Origin: Antedon mediterranea
Lineage: Eukaryota; Animalia; Echinodermata
Direction of reading: 5' to 3'
Assembly (NCBI RefSeq): GCF_964355755.1
Contig: NC_092676.1
Span: 2,175,788 to 2,239,787 of the forward strand
Length of the DNA stretch: 64,000 nucleotides
The notes under the pieces were generated by a model. It did not search any database and was not told the origin of the DNA. It was given only the letters and a program-made list of their open reading frames with translations. The position numbers and the translations under genes were made by a program. Positions 48,486 through 61,400 of this stretch are shown here, in pieces. The stretch's first letter is position 1, and every line of letters starts with the position of its first letter.

Positions 48486-51400
48486 CTATAATTGTCCATG
48501 TGCAAATTTCCTTTCTTTTTCTGTTGTTGAAAAAGTTGAGCAGCTACTGTGGTAAAGTGCTTTTCCTTTTAAAACCTGTGAATTTGAATCTGTGATCTGA
48601 AAATAAAAGAAAATCAATATTTTAATGTTTTGAACGTAGTAGTAGTATTGAAAGCACTAACTGTAAAAATTAAGAATAAATTAATTTTCTTTTTTTTTAA
48701 TTGCTACCTTAACAATCTGTTATTTTTTAATATATTGTATTTTTGTATTGTACTGTATATAAAGAGCTTTTTATTATATGTTATACTTTTTTATATGTTA
48801 CTGATTACAAAATAAAGAATAAATGAATCAATGAAATGAAATAAATGTCTTACAACACAGTAACTAGGAGTGAAGAACATTCTTGACATTGACCCTTGAT
48901 ATTGACCTTTGACATGGACCTATGACATTGAACTATCAAATAAAATAAAATGAAGAATTACTTGAACAGCAATGAAGTCACCAACACTTATTGTTTGCAT
49001 ATGAGCAGAAGTTTCGCTTTCTGGAATCGTTTTATCCGATATGATAACTTTTGTGTTTGCGTCAATACGTCCTGCAAAATCCTCTTGTGATCTCTTACTT
49101 TTCTGTTAATAACAAATAACAAAAGAAATTATTCAAAAATAATTTCAATTAATAATTAAGTTAGCAAAGCACAACTTCCAACTTGATTTTGATCGAAAAA
49201 TTCAACATGATAAACTTTAACCCTTCAATTAACACCAATTCCTGTCTTTCTACATATTCTTCATCTAATAATTTAACATGATAAACTTTACCCCTTCAAT
49301 TAGCACCAATTCCTGTCTTTCTACATATTCTTCATCTAATAATTTAACATGATAAAACTTTACCCCTTCAATTAACACCAATTCTTGTCTTTCTACATAT
49401 TCTTCATCTAATAATTTAACATGATAAAACTTTACCCCTTCAATTAACACCAATTCTTGTCTTCCTACATATTTTTCATTGACTTTCCTCATTGATTCTC
49501 TTGTGACTTTAATTATTTCATTTAATCTTCTTTTTTTAATCTCCTCAGGAACGTCGTCCTTCATTCGATGGTAGGCATGTGTTTTCTAAAAAGTACATTA
49601 AAAATTAAATTCTACATATTCTTCATCTAATAATTTAACATGATAAAACTTTACCCCTTCAATTAACACCAATTCTTGTCTTCCTACATATTTTTCATTG
49701 ACTTTCCTCATTGATTCTCTTGTGACTTTAATTATTTATCTTACAGAAAGCCACAGAAAATGTAAAAAACTTTATTAACACATCCAAAAAGAAGTAAAAT
49801 GTAACTAATACACATGTGTGAGTGCAACCAATAGAGCTAAATGCTGACTCTAAAGACCAATTTACGGTAACGGTAAGCGGGAAAACGGCCTAGCTTGTCC
49901 CATGTATCTATCCTGAGCAGAAACCATCTGTTGCTCAATGTTGTGTGTAAATGGTCATAAGGAACAACATAGATTCTACATTTTTATTACAGTTATCACT
50001 CGTCTGTGTAAATTGGTCTTAAAACCATGACTAAATTATCACATTGTATTAGCCTGACAAACAGTAACCCTGTAAATCTGGCCGTACAGCCATTTGGATA
50101 TATTAATAAGTTTGATCCAAAAACTTGACTGCTGAAAATCATCATACTATTATCATTTTCTTTCAGCGTACCTCGGAATCTGAAAATATTATAATATCCA
50201 ATTTGTAGAATGTTATTTCTTTTATTTCCCCTTTGTATCAAGTGGAATAGGAATGAGGTTAAGTGATTGAGTAGATTAGGTTGAGGGGGTAATTCTGTTG
50301 AGTGTATTACCTGTCGCATACTATAAGCAAAGAGAAATGCATAGTTGTAATTGACTTGTTGAAGCAGTGACAACGTGTCTTGATGTTCAGCTTCTGTTTC
50401 ACCACAGAATCCTGTGATAAAGTCACTCGTCAACGAAACATTAGGCAACACCTCCCTCACATGTTCTACAAGTTCAAGATAGGCTTCACGTGTATACCTA
50501 CAATTAATAGCAAAATATTACAACTTTAAAAGTTTAGGTTGTTGTTGAGTTTAAGTATAGACTTTATTCATGCTATAACTCAAGAATGAAAGTGTTGGCA
50601 AAGACGTCTGTCAAAAAGTGGTCAGGTTGAAACCTTACCAACCGTACTGGTGGGTGCCTAAATAAAAATATTGCACACAAAGATGATTATTTACCCTCTT
50701 CTCATTCTATGAAGTACATCTGAGTTACCGCTCTGAGCTGGTAGATGTAGGTGATTGCAAATATTGGTTCGATCCTTTATTACATCAAGTACCTGCAAGA
50801 GGACAAATATTTATCAAAACTATTTATATACATTATAAGCCTATTTCAAATAATGACTCTATTCTTTCTTTTATTTGGAAATCGAATTTCTTTATTTGGA
50901 AATAGAACTTCTTTATTTTGAAATCAAATTTCTTTATGTGGAAATAGAAATTCTTTATTTGGAAATAGAATTTCTTTATTTGGAAATAAAACCTCTTTAT
51001 TTGGAAATAGAACTTCTTTATTTGGAAATAGAACTTCTTTATTTGGAAATAAAATTTCTTTATTTGGAAATAGAATTTCTGTATTTGGAAAAAAGAATTT
51101 ATTTATTTGGAAATAGAATTCCTTTATTTAGAAATAGATCTCCTAAACTCCTTGGTCAGAAGTGACAACCATTATGGTCAAAATAATTTTTCGAGATATC
51201 ATCAATTTCTTTTGACAATTTATCTGCCAATTCCATTTTTAAAGGATGTAATAAAAGAGTAAGAGCAATTTTTAATTGACACAAATGTTAATCTGATCCG
51301 TTTACCTCATCTGGGAAATCTTTAGGATGCGGAGAAGTAAATCTTATCCTCATTTCTGGATCAACAAGTGAGACTTTATCAAGAAGATCTGCAAAGCGTA

Positions 51401-54400
51401 AACCACCAACTTTTGGCTTATAAATCGAACTGAAACCTTTCGCAATGGAATCAACTGCACTTTGTTTTGAATAATATACATCTTCAGATACATCACGATA
51501 GCTGTTAACATTCTGTCCAAGTAAGGTTACCTCTTTCACGCCCTGTAATAGAGAAATTATGGATAATTTATAGTCCTTGTTAGAAAAATTTGTTAAAGTA
51601 TGTGAAACATATTGGCCTAATTTTTATAAAAATGATATTGTTACAATCTAACCTTAAAACTACTGACCTATTGACAGAGTTTTTACAAACCAAAGACATA
51701 TCCTCATGTTAACAGATTAAAATTCACCAATAATGATGAAAAACTAATTAAAGTTTACGATAAAGATGGAAAGCTGAGTTACCCACAAGCAGTAGTAGAA
51801 AGATGAAATCATTATTTGATAAAGATGGTAAATTCATAAAAGTGATTGGTGAAACAAAATGGGCAAAAGGTTGTTGTTTTCATTTCACATCAGCCACGGA
51901 AAATGTCTGTAATAAATCAGTATGATAAAACACTGAAGATATTCAATTACTAAAATTGCAATAATCTATGAACTGTGAAAATCAATCACTCTCTAACAAT
52001 AACACTTTTCAAAACGGTTTCGAGCACCCTCTATAAAATCCTTACAGCTACAGTGTACTATATTACAGGAATATGGGCAAAAGGATTACGCCTCATTTCA
52101 AATCAGCCAACAATTGCTGTAATAAATCCGTCTACCACCAAAGCATTACAAATAATTAATTACTAAAACTATTTGATAATCTATCACCAAACTACACCAG
52201 AGTTACCTCTTTTATGCCCTGTAATATAAAAAACTATGATGCAAGTTGCTACCAATAAACTTTGGTAAAGAAACTAAGGTGCATTAATTAACCTGGATCA
52301 TTGTTAGCTAATTTGCATAAAAGTTCTGTAAGGTAGTTTACTTATTTTAAATAACCTTAAAGGTATGTTAGTCAATAAAATAATGTTTGATGATAATCAT
52401 CACCCTTCTTTCAATATAGACTTATTAGGACACAAGGTTAAGGTCAATAACAGTCCAGTCTGTTAATAGTCACATGGCAAAATATATTAGTTTATGTTAC
52501 TAAATAGCATAAGCATTATCCAATACAGGAACTTGTGTTTTAAGGTCAAACCATTGTTTGAAACAGGATATAAACAAGAAAAAACAAGGATTGTTTATAT
52601 ATATATAAATATATTATATTGCAACATCGAATATACAGCAACAAATGTGTGTTAACAATGTTTAAAAGTTTTTAGATTAAACGCGACTATTGGTGTAAAT
52701 TACAACCTAATCAATCTAGACTTTCTTGTAAAGGTAAGCTTTTTTTTTAATGACAAATATATAAAAGTATGAATAATAACACTCATATAGAATTCTTGAG
52801 ATGGTTAAAGCGTGACGGTTTAAGTCATATGTCTAATAAAAGTCCTCAATGATCCAGATATTGACAAGATTTGCTGCCTAAAGTGCCATTTTATTGTGAA
52901 CAGGTTTTTCAAGATGGCTGTTAGTAAGGTGAATACATTTATAGAAGACATCAACGATCATCTTGAGTGTGGAATATGCAAGAATCGACTTAACGATCCC
53001 AAAACTTTAACTTGTCTCCACACCTTCTGTTTGACATGTCTAGAAAAATGCATGACAACAAACGGGACACTCACTTGTTCAACATGCTCAAAAACTTACC
53101 CAATTCCAGAGGGTGGGATTACAAAGCTTTCCACAAACACATTTCTAAAAAACATACTTGAAACTGTTGAACACTTTTTGGAAAAAAATGAAAAGAAATG
53201 TGTTTGTGAAAAGGGTGAACAAGTAGAAAGCTACTGTCAGGATTGTAAGGAGTACATATGTTCCATTTGTTGTGCCAGTCATAAAGGAATTCCAGCCTTG
53301 AGAAGTCACAAGCTATATTCAATGAATAAGATGAAAGAAATGAGCTCAATACAGATTGCATCATTACATCCTCCACAGTGCGAGGTTCATAAAAAACCTT
53401 TGGAATTTTACTGCAAGGATTGTGAAAACCCAATCTGTGTGAATTGTACAATCCTGGGTCACAGAGATTGTGAAGGTAGACAAAAGCCAATAGCAATTCC
53501 AGAAGCATTTAAAATATTTAAGGAAACTACAACAAAATTAGAAAAGGATGCAGATACCTATACAACAGAATTAGAAAAGAGCTTAATAGAGGTTTACGAG
53601 ATTGACATAGGACTGTACAAAAATAAGAAAAATTGTTTGCAAGATATTGAAGATTATGTAGAAGAAACCATTACGGCAATCGGAAAGAAAGGAGAGACAC
53701 TGAAGAACCAAGTGAAAACAATTTATGAAGAGAAAAAGACAGAGATTGGTGAACAAATAACTGAATTTAAAAAAACAATATCTGATACGAAAACAAAACT
53801 GAATTTACTTCATCAAATATTAAAAGGCAATGAAGTATCAGCAATTGCATCGGGTAAAATGATAGTTAGAGCACTGACAGACAGAATGAATGATTTACCA
53901 AAAACACAGCAAATCGATGACGGACAAACTGACTTTTATCAAATCAAACAGCAAGTTGTTCAACTACAAAAGTTCAACCCTGAAAATGTAACAAAAGTGA
54001 CAACAGCTGACCATTTAACTTTACAAGGAAATGAATCTGTGACAGAAAATGAAACCATTGTAATAAAAGTAAGAAAACTAAAGGAATGTGAAATAGATGC
54101 AACTCAACTGAATGCAACATGGTCACAGCAAACTAAGTTTCAAGAACAAAATGAAGAATATGTATTGACAAGAAAATGTACAAGCCCAGGAGATTGTAGA
54201 TTAGATGTGACAGTTGATGGCAAACACATCATAAATTCACCAATGACAATCACAGTACAAAAAGAATTAATCAATTCTATCAAATTGAACTATGGTGGCC
54301 AAAATGTAGATGAAGATGATTGCTTGTTGATTTCAGATTGGACAAATCAAATATGTTAGTACAAGTATAATTTATTAGAAGTATATATTGGTACAATTAC

Positions 54401-57400
54401 ACTACTATAAAAGTAAAAGTTTACAGAATGTTCAAAATGAATAAAAGTTCTTGTTAAAGTGTCTGATAATGTTGAAGTTGGAAAGCTGAAACCCCCATGT
54501 TCAGTAATATTTGATAAAGATGATAACATCATTGTATCAAGTCAATATAATGTATAAAAATGTTAACTTTTCACAAAAAGTTGCTGCAATAAATCAGTAT
54601 AAAATATTAGAAACATAGACAGACATATTTAAGAACTGTACAATACGTAATAATGTTTTACCTGTTCAGAAAGTACTCTAATCTCTTCTAAAATCGAGGT
54701 CATAGGTCGACTTCTTTCTCTTCCTCTTGTGAAAGGCACTATACAGTAGCTGCACATGTTATCACAACCTCTCATTATAGAACTACAATTAAGGACAATA
54801 AAAACAATATATTTCTTTGCCTATTGTGTTTATATATACACATAGATAAATGATAATCACCAGTAGTAAAATAATTCTCAAGTAGGAAGATGTTTTGCTT
54901 AACTCTGCAAGTAAAATGTAGATCATTGGTTGAAGGTGTATTGTCCCCCAAAAACATGAAGAATGAAGATTAATAATAAAAAAAAACCTTGAATAGCATT
55001 TTTAACAAAGTTAATCACTTCCGTAGAAAAAAATGTTTTAACTCATAAAAAGACAAAACAGTTAAATTCAACTGAAAGCCTATTGACTTCCAGTTTTTGG
55101 CTTTAAATCTTTTTTTTTTGCTTTCTTTAAAGATGTATTGTCACCCTAAAAAAATAATTCTTAAACATGTTTTGTTGAATGTTCCATAATAATTATCCAC
55201 TTTGACCAAAAATAGGATTAGCTAAAAAAAACTGTAATGCAAAAAATAGTCAAATTGGCTGCGAGCCACTGGGTTTTTGTCGTTTAATAAGTGAAAACAT
55301 TATTTTTTTTCTTTTTAACTTTATTAAAACTAAAAAATAAGTCTGATTTAATTAATCTTCATTTTTCATGTTTTTGGAGGACAATACATCCTGAAAAGGT
55401 TTTTCAGGTAATTAATTTGTTTCCATCCAATTTTTGGTATTAAAAGTTAAAAAAAACATTTGCAAAAATTAAATTTTTTCAAGGGGAAACTATATCATTA
55501 AGAGAAAAAATTTGTATTCAGATGGAACTTGACCAACTATCTTCCTATTATTATCCTCTCTCCCACAACCCTCAAGAATAAAAAGAGAAGATCAAATAAA
55601 ATATGTTTTAATTGTTATCATATGCATCCTTTCCCTGGTTGCTAAACCCAGAGTTTAAACAAAAAAACAAATAAAAGATTGTTTGTTTAAGAGTATAAAA
55701 TAAAATCCAAATTATGTATTTTTGCGCTATGTATTCCTTCTTTTCTCATTGTTTTCTAAATCGCAAGACTGAGTTTACATACACAAATGCAGATGGTGAG
55801 TTTTGGTTGAGGCGTACAGGCATCACGTCTGCATACGTCTCATCAATAGATAACATAGTGTTAATGGCAGCTTGCCGAGATTCTGAAACATCCAGTAAAC
55901 GTGGTAGATCTCTATATGCATCAGGACCGGCAATTACATCAATTATTTTACTTTTATCAAGAATCTTCTTCTTCAGCCTCTCTGCCATACATCCTGTAAA
56001 AATAAAAGTTAGCAAATCAAGTTGATCAACCTGGAGAATGTTCATAAAGCTCTGTCTACACTATAAAACTGCCTAAATATGGTAGTGATATGCCCAAATA
56101 TGGTAGTGATATGCCCAAATATGATAGTGATATGTCCAAATATGGTAGTGGTATGACATCATCATGTCAATAGATGGGCACATCACATTTTTTTGTCACA
56201 TAAAGTTTGATAGTGTAGACAGAGCTTAACACATGGGTACCAAAACACAAACCAGATATTGTAACAAATGATAATTTAATTTAAATTACACTTATGGTGT
56301 AGTAAAGTTTTAAACAAAAGTTTAAAATTTAAAGAAAGAGTATAGAAAGAATTTCCATATTTTTAAAGATTTTTTACATTTTAGTTTTGGAATATTCTGT
56401 ACAGCAATTAAATTTTATATAAACAAACTGGAAAATCATTATATCTACTCACCGAGCAAACCTATCTTGAGTGGTACTTGTTTTCCTCTCCTTGATTCCT
56501 TAAGAGAATGAAAGTGTTGTAATCGATTCCAGATTCTTGTTTCTGCATTCTCTCTTATTGCACAGGTCATTAATAAAATTACATCAGCCTAAAAAGAGAA
56601 AAACAATGTTTTAAAGCCCCATAATTGATTTATTAAGAAGGGAAGCGAGAGGGTTCATCTTGTTTTCCTGCCGACGTAATGTTACAGTGTACCTCGGTTC
56701 AACTTCATCAATTACAGATTTCCACGATTTTTAACATTAATTTTTACCCCCTTTCCTGTAAAATCGTTAAATCGTGTAAATTCAACGCAACTTGCCACAA
56801 CGGTATATCGACAGGCAAACAGTCTTTAGACTTGCCCCAAGTAGTTATTGTCTTTTTTGTGTTAGTGGGCAAGTGCAAAAATATTTTACTAATATTAAGT
56901 CAAAACTCTCTCTAGAACCTAGACTGCAACACCACAGGTTGAATATAGAAACCTACTATCTATACTGTTTACTGTTAAAAACCAATTATAATTATTATGT
57001 CGCTCTTTGTAAGACCCAAGTTATGTTTTCATACCTCTTTTACATCATCAACTTTTTTATAACTGTTGGTTTTTAGTATCGACCAGACAATCTCCATGTC
57101 ATTAACATTCATCTGACAACCATACGTCTCAAAGTAGACTAAACAGAAAATAAACACAAATTGTTGTTAGGTTCATCAACAGAGATGATGCGATATTAAA
57201 ACCACATTTATTCACATAATATTTAATAAACACTCAAAAGAATTATTTTGACAATTGTGTTTACCAATTAATAATAATTGCGTCAATGACATTGCGATCA
57301 TAGTAACGTGCAAGGAGTTTAATCGTGGCATTAACAATGAAGTAAACTCTTGGTAACCATACTAGACCTACAACTGCAGTCATTATATACATATAACAAA

Positions 57401-57722
57401 TTCATACCATTTATTTTTACAAACCTTTTCTATTTTGACCAGAAAACGTAGATGTAGATAAATATGGTATTTTATCATCATCATCATTCTCAAGTTTATT
57501 TAAAATATCATACTGTAATGCTTCTTGCTTTATAAAGTCTTTTAAAGAAGGACCTTCCTGCAAATTGTTAACTGTGTCATTGTTACTTGACCTGTTTCTG
57601 TGAGCTAGGCCGCTGAGGTGAGCTTGGAGCCCTCTATGCCTCAATTCACCGGCGAATAAAATACGACTTTGGCCTACTGCTCGACACGTTGCCCTGCTGC
57701 TTGAGCTGACGATAGAAAACAT
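48486..57722 (-). CDS. CDK5RAP1: Mitochondrial tRNA methylthiotransferase CDK5RAP1 (MiaB family), ~597 aa; exons 57425-57722, 57035-57138, 56453-56588, 55783-55993, 54662-54782, 51306-51542, 50695-50792, 50311-50497, 49436-49585, 48962-49102, 48486-48596
   Basis: Motifs [21 protein letters not shown], radical-SAM [48 protein letters not shown] and a TRAM-like end; all junctions GT-AG and in frame, 1794 nt. Confidence 0.94.
49205..49737. repeat. ~72-bp tandem repeat spanning the CDK5RAP1 exon 9 donor, plus a partial exon duplicate at 49611-49737
   Basis: Unit CTACATATTCTTCATCTAATAATTTAACATGATAAAACTTTACCCCTTCAATTAACACCAATT..., about 3.5 tandem copies. Confidence 0.85.
50866..51137. repeat. 21-bp minisatellite, about 13 copies
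   Basis: CTTTATTTGGAAATAGAA(T/C)TT repeated. Confidence 0.92.
51670..52166 (+). pseudogene. Two TRIM NHL-tail fragments in CDK5RAP1 intron 5
   Basis: 51817-52045 matches the T4 tail and 3' flank; 52080-52192 matches the unit C tail and flank. Confidence 0.78.
52914..54359 (+). CDS. Nested antisense TRIM copy T5, 481 aa, truncated before the NHL propeller (decayed NHL remnants to ~54610); possibly a pseudogene
   Basis: RING, B-boxes, coiled coil and filamin region are open; stop at 54359; lies between CDK5RAP1 exons 5 and 6 on the opposite strand. Confidence 0.72.
   Translation: MAVSKVNTFIEDINDHLECGICKNRLNDPKTLTCLHTFCLTCLEKCMTTNGTLTCSTCSKTYPIPEGGITKLSTNTFLKNILETVEHFLEKNEKKCVCEKGEQVESYCQDCKEYICSICCASHKGIPALRSHKLYSMNKMKEMSSIQIASLHPPQCEVHKKPLEFYCKDCENPICVNCTILGHRDCEGRQKPIAIPEAFKIFKETTTKLEKDADTYTTELEKSLIEVYEIDIGLYKNKKNCLQDIEDYVEETITAIGKKGETLKNQVKTIYEEKKTEIGEQITEFKKTISDTKTKLNLLHQILKGNEVSAIASGKMIVRALTDRMNDLPKTQQIDDGQTDFYQIKQQVVQLQKFNPENVTKVTTADHLTLQGNESVTENETIVIKVRKLKECEIDATQLNATWSQQTKFQEQNEEYVLTRKCTSPGDCRLDVTVDGKHIINSPMTITVQKELINSIKLNYGGQNVDEDDCLLISDWTNQIC
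55131..55391. mobile_element. Short TTAA-type element (AGATGTATTGTC family)
   Basis: TTAA|AGATGTATTGTC ... GGACAATACATC; related pieces at ~54933 and 58190-58329. Confidence 0.65.
56048..56226. mobile_element. PIF/Harbinger-like MITE with an internal 21-bp tandem repeat
   Basis: TAA|AGCTCTGTCTACACTAT ... ATAGTGTAGACAGAGCT|TAA; about 4 copies of CCAAATATGGTAGTGATATGC. Confidence 0.8.
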
Positions 57723-58476
57723 GCTGTGGAAACGAGAATGCTTTCATAAACAGCTAGATAAAAGGGAACATATCATTTATAATTATACTATTAGTGTAGT
57801 AATATACTGCTAAACAACAATACTACAGTGGTATATGCACAATAATAGAAATTATCTCGACTTTTCTAGGCCCGTCGAGAGATCCGAAATCAAAACAACC
57901 GCGTTTCTCTGCGCTATGTGAACCATAGTGTTTCACCTTCTCGTTGTAACGCCTTTGAGCGTTTTACCTTCTCGTTGTAACGCCTTTGTCATGTGTAACG
58001 CAAACTTTCAGAGCGATTTTTAAAATATGAAACAGTCATAATTCCGTTTTATCGACAAATAAAATATAATAAAATTACCAAGAAAAAGACAACATATTAT
58101 CGTTTATGAATTATTATTCCTTATATACAAATTTAAAAATGTAAATATATTGTCGCACGAAAAAAATATTTTTTGGTTTAATAATATGCCATTTTAATTT
58201 CACATAGGCCTAATAGTTAATCACTTAACTTTTTACTTTAAAAAATGTAGTTTAAATAAAAAATGAATCAAATTGACTGAGAGCCAATGAGTTTTGGGTT
58301 TTCATGTTTCTGGCGACAATACATTTTTAATAAACAAGTAGAAATTATTTATTAATTTAAGCTGTTATAAGGCGGTTTATAGTTACCACCTCTATTTTGT
58401 CCAATTTTAATCAACATGAATAAAATGTGTATCGTAATTCAGTCGTGCAATAAATCTTGTTTGTATAAATAATTAA

Positions 58477-61400
58477 GAGCCATTGTCTGTAAGAATCAAA
58501 GAAATATCAAAAAGAGTGGCAGACTAAAAAAAATGGATTTCTTTCAAATTTTGCACATGGCTATATATGTGTTGAGAGAAATCAAATATAAAGTATTTTT
58601 TATTTCACACGTATATTTCCATGGCAACGGCCAAATTTGTGTTTTTGACAAATTTTGTCCTTTTTTAAGGTTTTTTAAAATGGATATAGGTACTACTTTG
58701 ATGAACGATATTTTTGTTTTGTTCATTTAATTATAAAAAATAATTAGTGTATGCATATTAACAATGCATTGTGTACCTGTTTCAAATTTTTTTATTTTTT
58801 TTTATTTCATACTTTGGGAGATACCATTTATTTAAAAAGGGGTGTTTTTCACTTTTTTTAAATTGTTCAATGCAACTAAACTTTACTTCACCATAACGCC
58901 CAAAGTGGTGTATTTTTTTAGCTGATTTATTACAAATAGGTAGTTCTAATGTTTAATAATTGATTTCTAAAATAAAATACTGGGGTAAATTTAAAATCTA
59001 CAAGCAGTGTTGCGAGAAACATAGGCATTTTTGTAAAAAAAAAACATGGTATATTAGTAAAAACATTTTATTTTCTTTGATTATTTGATTTGAAACTCAT
59101 TTGTCAGAAAAATTCTTAATGTTTTATATAGTTCTAGTTGTGTTGTGAGAAATCTAATTATAGATTCTGCATTTCCCAGTTTTAATGTCATTTTATAGGT
59201 TATATCCTCTGGAAATTTGAATAAATTATCAGATCGTTGTGAATTTTAATCTTTGCAACAGATTACTCCTCTCTTATTTTGAAGCTCCTCTTTCATTTGT
59301 TTACTTCTTTTATTTGCTAACCTAAGCAGATCCCACATGCCCATCCACCACCACTTTCGACTACCACCCCCCCCCCCCCCCACCCCGACTATAACCATAA
59401 AACTGCAACACTTTGGTCGATCATCCACTATAGAGTGTCAAATGCATGCATTCAAGCACCACCCACACTGCCGCTACTATCGCCCCAATAAATAGACGGA
59501 TTCAAACTCCTCCATCCCACCCCCTGCCCCTTTCTCCAAGCCCCCACCCACCCCAAGTTAAAAATTGCAATGCAAAAGATAGGACATAAAGTTAAGTTTT
59601 TAGACCCTCGCCTTCAACCTCCTAACTATTTAAAAGTCCTGGGTCCACCACTTTCCCCTCCCCAAAATAGAACCAATCAAAAGTCAATGATATACTCAGG
59701 TATGTTAATGCTACATAACAAATATTGAAGCCCTGATTTGAAATTTCATTTCATTTAAGGTCAGCATGTAAAATATCACACTTTATTATTAAATATTGGT
59801 TTTAAATTCTATATTTTTTTTACTGTGATGGTTGGATTCAGTATTAATTATTAATTAATAATGATCTGATAATTATTTAATTTTCCTTAGTTATGCATAG
59901 CAACAGTTACTATGGTAACTAAAAATGAGATATTCTTTAGATTTTGCATATTTATCTCATACAAATTTAAATTTGTAGATTATTAGCAGGCATGCCTTAT
60001 TTGCATTTTCAAATTACCGTTTCACAAGGTCATATTCGTAAGCACTTTCTTCTGTGATTATTTTCGGCCACCTCCCTTAACGGACGCACTTTGAAAAGCC
60101 TGTTTGGTTCTTCCTATCTAATTAGTGCATTTGGTGCTTACCGTAAGCAGCTGCGGGCACCTTTTTATACTAAAAATGAGATTTTTTGTAAGCGGCCAAT
60201 CGAAAAATGTGATACTTATTGCATGGACCTATGAATTAGAGGTGCATGTTTATTGTATTTCTTTATATATTAGCTTTATTTTGAAGAGGTTTTAAAAACA
60301 TTACTGTGAAGAGATGAGAAAACTACACAGATTTTGACCGACCATTTTTCATAATTATGATAAAAGTTTTTAAAATTTGTCTGAAAATGCTAAAAAATAC
60401 TAAACCACCTGATTATTAATAATAATAGGCCTACAATTAGCTGGAAAATTGAGAGGCTCGTTTCGTTAAGAATATCGTATATAGCCATAATAAGTGATTT
60501 TGGCCCTTTATCGGCAGAACCTCCCGTAAGGGGTCACCGCCCGTAAGCGGCCACTTTTCCAGGTCCCGAGGGTGGCCACTTACGGGAGGTTCAACTGTAT
60601 TTAAAAAAACAATTATCCTTAGTTATGCATAGAAACAGGTTCTAAGATAACATAAATAATACATTTTGACATAACTTGACCCAACAAATGACCCTTTCAC
60701 AAGGTCAGACATTTTCTGGGATTCAGTAGATAAGTAAATTTGGGAAAAGGTAGTAAAGCTATGTAATCTATTGTTTGTAGTCATGAAACCCCATATTAAA
60801 AATATTGTACTTAGTTACGTATAGAAACAGTTGCTACAATACACTATAGGTAAAATGTTGATGTCATTTGACCTCAATATGTAAAATTTTTTTTTTTTCA
60901 TGAAACTCCATATTTAATTTTTTTTTTAAATATCATTTGTTACGTAAACAGGTTTAAGATAACACTAAAGGTAATTTTGTTTACCTTTAGTCAGATTCGT
61001 CAAGACTTTCTTTCTGAGATTATTAGGATTCAGTATTTAAAGTAAATTTGGCAAAAAGTAGAAATGTAAAACTATGTAGAAAAAATGTTTTGTATTTATG
61101 AAAAACCCCTTATTTTTTTTAAATTTTCGCATAGAAACAGTTACTATGGTAAAATGTTGACCTCAAAATGAATGAATTTACAAGGTCAAGTTTGTCATTA
61201 ATGGAATGCAGTAGAAGTAAAATTGAGAAAAATTACAAATGCAATCAATTCTTTGTATTTATAAAAACGCCATTTTTTACGTTTAAAAAAAAATTACTTT
61301 CCTTAGTTACACATAGAAATGGTTGCTAAGGTAACACTATAGGTAAAATATGAAAATTGTTGAGAATTGTTATGAACTATCTTGTAAATTTTGATCAAAC

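Noticed and set aside
50875-51165. 96-aa LYLEIE-repeat ORF
   Set aside because: Translation of a 21-bp intronic minisatellite.
5508-53508. Recurrent minus-strand ORFs inside the TRIM copies (e.g. 5508, 13120, 21008, 27851, 33074, 53119)
   Set aside because: Antisense shadows of the duplicated TRIM frames; their recurrence reflects paralogy, not a separate gene.
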